Assembly (NCBI GenBank): GCA_052327205.1
Contig: CM126207.1
Span: 33,976,001 to 34,040,000, forward strand
Origin: Somniosus microcephalus
Lineage: Eukaryota
Direction of reading: 5' to 3'
Length of the DNA: 64,000 nucleotides
Shown: one piece after another, positions 60,683 through 64,000 of the stretch
How the letters are laid out: the number at the start of each line of letters is the position of its first letter
Numbering within the stretch: the stretch's first letter is position 1
The notes under the pieces: model-generated
Seen by the model: only the letters and a program-made list of their open reading frames with translations
What the model was told of the DNA's origin: nothing
The model's database searches: none
Translations under genes and position numbers: made by a program

Positions 60683-62140
60683 GGGGTAAAGTTTCTGTTC
60701 ATTAACGACAGTTATATCAGCACAATCCGGGCGGAATCAACCAAACAAGCACAAAAGATTGGGAAATTTTAAACATAAGCGAGTTACTCCCAAAACCACT
60801 TGCATTCGTGTTTTCTGCGATCGTTTATGCTGGTTCAGGATTCAATTTGGCCGGATCAGAACCCGCCCACAAAACTGGCCACACCCCCAGGCCAACATTT
60901 TCAGAGTCCGCCGATTGCGCTGGTTCGGGAAGGCTCTTCACGTTGCGCTCATTTTCTTAGACGTACAGGCATGTTTTAAAAGTTTTTTCATATCAAACAT
61001 TGGTGCAGAAATTCCGATCCCTACGGGTGTGTACGCGCTGTGTACTCACCCGTAGGGACATCGAAAATGCCAGTTTCAGGCATGCACTGCGCATGCGCTG
61101 GAAACCGGCATTTCCAATCTGTCAGGAAAGTTCTTGACAGATTGTCCGGCTGCGCTGGAGCAGGGCCTCTGCGGGTGGAGAGTTCCGTTTTTTGGAGACC
61201 CTCCACCCGCAGAAAACACTTACAATTCTTGCACCTGGTAAAAGCAGGCATAAGGCTTGCTTTTACCAGGATAAGAGTTGAAAAAAGTAAAGAAAATGTT
61301 TTTTATTTCCACTGATTTATCTTTTAAAAATACTTTAAAGAAAGGTAAGTTTATTTTTAGCCCCGTTCAAAAACTTTAATTTTTTTTCAAAAATTTTTGT
61401 TTAAAATGTTTAATTTATTGTAATTTAAGGTCATTTTAAAAATGTGATTTAAAAAAAAAATTATTTAAAGTATTACTATGTTTTGGGGGTGATCTCTATT
61501 CATATATTTGTCAGGTCTTCCTGTCAAATGTATGAAGGGAGATTCCCTTCTCTGATTGGCTCCCCATGGCCCACATGATCCCAGAGACGCTGCGAACCGC
61601 CTGCACCTCTGGGATATGTGGGCCCTGCGCACCGGCAGTTTGGAGAGGCCCAGGAACGGAACTCTGCACCTCCCGGGAGCCCTCCGGTCCAAGCGCAGAT
61701 TTTTTCCAGATCGCAGCCCTCCGCCCACGGGAGGCCTGTGAACGGAATTTCTGGGCCAATATTTAATTTACTAAGAAACTGACTAGTGAAACTATTAAAT
61801 GGTTCAGTATAGTTTTTTAAAGTCATTTTCAGTGATTTTAAATCCGGTTGCTCACAGGTGGAGGACTGGATACCCTTATTAAAAATGCTTATTTTTTGTG
61901 TTAAACCCATTTTCAGCTGTATTAATAAAACTACACCAGGTTACCACTCTTAAATACATCAAGGAATACCTTTTAACGGTAAGAAAAAAAGAAACAATTA
62001 GATTCTATTACGCTGCCTGATTGCGTGGTTCATGGAAGATTTTACGTTTCTGATTATGCAAATTAATTTTAGCGGAAGTTTGAACTGTAATTAGCCAGCA
62101 CAATTTTGTGCGTACTTTGGGTGCAATTTCCCGATTGCTA
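60683..62140. mobile_element. MITE of the 46944 family (inverted), split by a nested element
   Basis: The left part resembles the reverse complement of 47400-47531, and the right part resembles the reverse complement of 46970-47330. Confidence 0.6.
61002..61757. mobile_element. GC-rich Harbinger-type MITE nested in another MITE
   Basis: TIRs GGTGCAGAAATTCCG / CGGAATTTCTGGGCC with flanks ATT and AAT. Confidence 0.78.
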
Positions 62141-62451
62141 AGATATTAAGATCCAACATATATTCTAACCAGACAAGAACAACCAAGGGTAGAAATGACT
62201 GCTGCCAATGATGCTGGATAAATGTTTAACCTGTTCATATTGCATTCCCTCTCTGCTATTTTAACAGGATGTTAAACTGATTATTTTAACTGGTTAATGC
62301 ATCTGTTAAAATAGTGGACAGAGGAATGCCATACGAATGTGTTAAGAACCCATCACTAATATCACCAACAGTAATTTCTAGACTCTGCTTACTTAGGGGA
62401 GAAAAGTTGTGTTTACTTTGGTAAGTGTACAAAAACTGATGGGATCTAGTT

Positions 62452-62501
62452 GCTGATAATCTCACTCTTGAAGTAGCTGATAATCTCACTCTTGAAGTAG
62501 C
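62452..62501. repeat. 24-bp perfect tandem duplication
   Basis: GCTGATAATCTCACTCTTGAAGTA x2. Confidence 0.95.
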
Positions 62502-63911
62502 AATCACAGTTAACATGATTTGTGATCCATGAACCTGGCCATGAATTGATAAATTGATACTCTGAAAGAAAATCCCATAGTTGTAATATTGCCTTCCCAC
62601 CTCCCATCCCGCCGGTATTTCTGTTACTGCGCTGTGCAGCATCCCACACACCCTAACTGGAAGGATGGTCAATTCACTTATTACCTGTATCACTCTTGCA
62701 TTTGAACCAGCTTCTAGGACACTGCCAAGACTGGGTTCCTGTTATCCTCCACTCCCCCCACCATCTCCACCACCAGCCCCTGATTTCCCTTCCTCAGGGG
62801 AAACCATTCCTTTGACTTTTGACACCTCAGACAGCTCAGCTTCATGAGCCAACCACACGGGGGAGCACGCATCCTGCTGCCCAATGTGGCACGGCACATT
62901 AATCCAGCAACGCACTATGCCACCGACCCACCAGTCTGTCAACATTGCCTGTTTGAGTGCTAGAAATCTAAAGGCACTCTCAGTACAATGAGTGTTTGTG
63001 CCTCAGTAATCGTCGCAATGGTTGAAACCATCCTTCCCACAAGCCTGTAACCAGAAAAGATTAAACTTCTGCGTTAAGAAGCCAGTTGCAGGATTAAATC
63101 TGTAGCTGACACAGGGGTTCAATTGGTACTTAGGGAGCCTTTGCTATTAAAGGGATAGGAAGCACTTCTTATTATGTAAACTGGGTTGTGTACCTCGCTG
63201 ATCAGCTCATTTCCCGGTTCTCTGATCTGCCCTTTTGTTGTCCATTCTACAAAGGGAATGAGCTTCTCCTGAGTTATTTAAATGTCACTAAAGATTGTTT
63301 GATAGTGCTGGCTTCAGGTGACGTAATAGTTAATCAAATCAGTATAAGTAGTAAGTACTGTGCTTAGTTAATGATTGTCTGAAAGAAAAGCACAAGGTCT
63401 TTCTTAGTAATAGGAGAGGCAGTGTTCTGCTTGGGATCACAGTAGCAGTATCAATACTAAACTAATCACGCAGAGGAGGATATTGGAGAGTGATAAAGCA
63501 TAGCATTCAGATTCTGGCTGGCTGCCAGGAAGCTGCTATTTTTATTTTTATTTATGTGCAATGTAGTACACTTTTTTTTACAGTGTTGCACCTGCTCTGA
63601 TCTCTGTTATCTGTGGTTTAATTCCATCATATCAATAAAGCTTTCTCCTACTGTAGGTCATGTCTGTGTCTGTTAGGGTAGGATGAGTTTACACATTCAC
63701 AGACGTAACAACACTAAATCTAAATCTGCTCACATTTGCACGCTGCTCTGTGTTGGCTAGCAACGGTCTGATATTAATGCACAAGTGAAGACCACTGCAT
63801 TAGAATTTATTAATCAATAATATCAACTTCCGTGAGCATTGGCCACTTATTGCAATACACAGAGTGATTTTTTTTAAAAAGTTCGGAATGATAATATTTA
63901 TGGTATGTTAT

Positions 63912-64000
63912 CATTTCCTACATTACATCAGTGACTACACTTCAGAAAAGTACTTCATTGGCTGTAAAGTGCTTTGGGATGTCTAGTGGTCATGAAAGGT
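63912..64000 (+). mobile_element. Deu-SINE 3' fragment running off the window
   Basis: TTTCCTACATTACA.CAGTGACTACACTTCA..AAGTACTTCATTGGCTGTAAAGTGCTTTGGGATGTC. Confidence 0.85.

Overview
This is eukaryotic, largely non-coding DNA, most likely an intron or intergenic stretch of a cartilaginous fish (shark-like) genome. The taxon is inferred from the repeat families: SacSINE1-like Deu-domain SINEs, HER1-like CR1 LINE tails, L2 and RTE LINEs, LF-SINE-like relics and GC-rich Harbinger-type MITEs. I could not identify any intact host protein-coding gene. The only recognisable protein sequences are decayed transposon products: CR1, L2 and RTE reverse transcriptases and a Harbinger Myb/SANT-like exon. 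The 1642-aa ORF is an artefact of two adjacent G-rich minisatellites (24-bp and 37-bp units, 18.3-23.0 kb). The main observations are: (1) minimal hammerhead-ribozyme motifs in Penelope-like terminal repeats, with a compensatory stem change between two copies; (2) clusters of strong minus-strand micro-exon signals from an unidentified gene; (3) several local inverted duplications and hairpins, including an inverted SINE pair 25 kb apart that shares a private 47-bp 3' extension; (4) clean nested insertions with target-site duplications (TSDs). Family names come from recall of consensus sequences, not from database searches, and the boundaries of degenerate elements are approximate.
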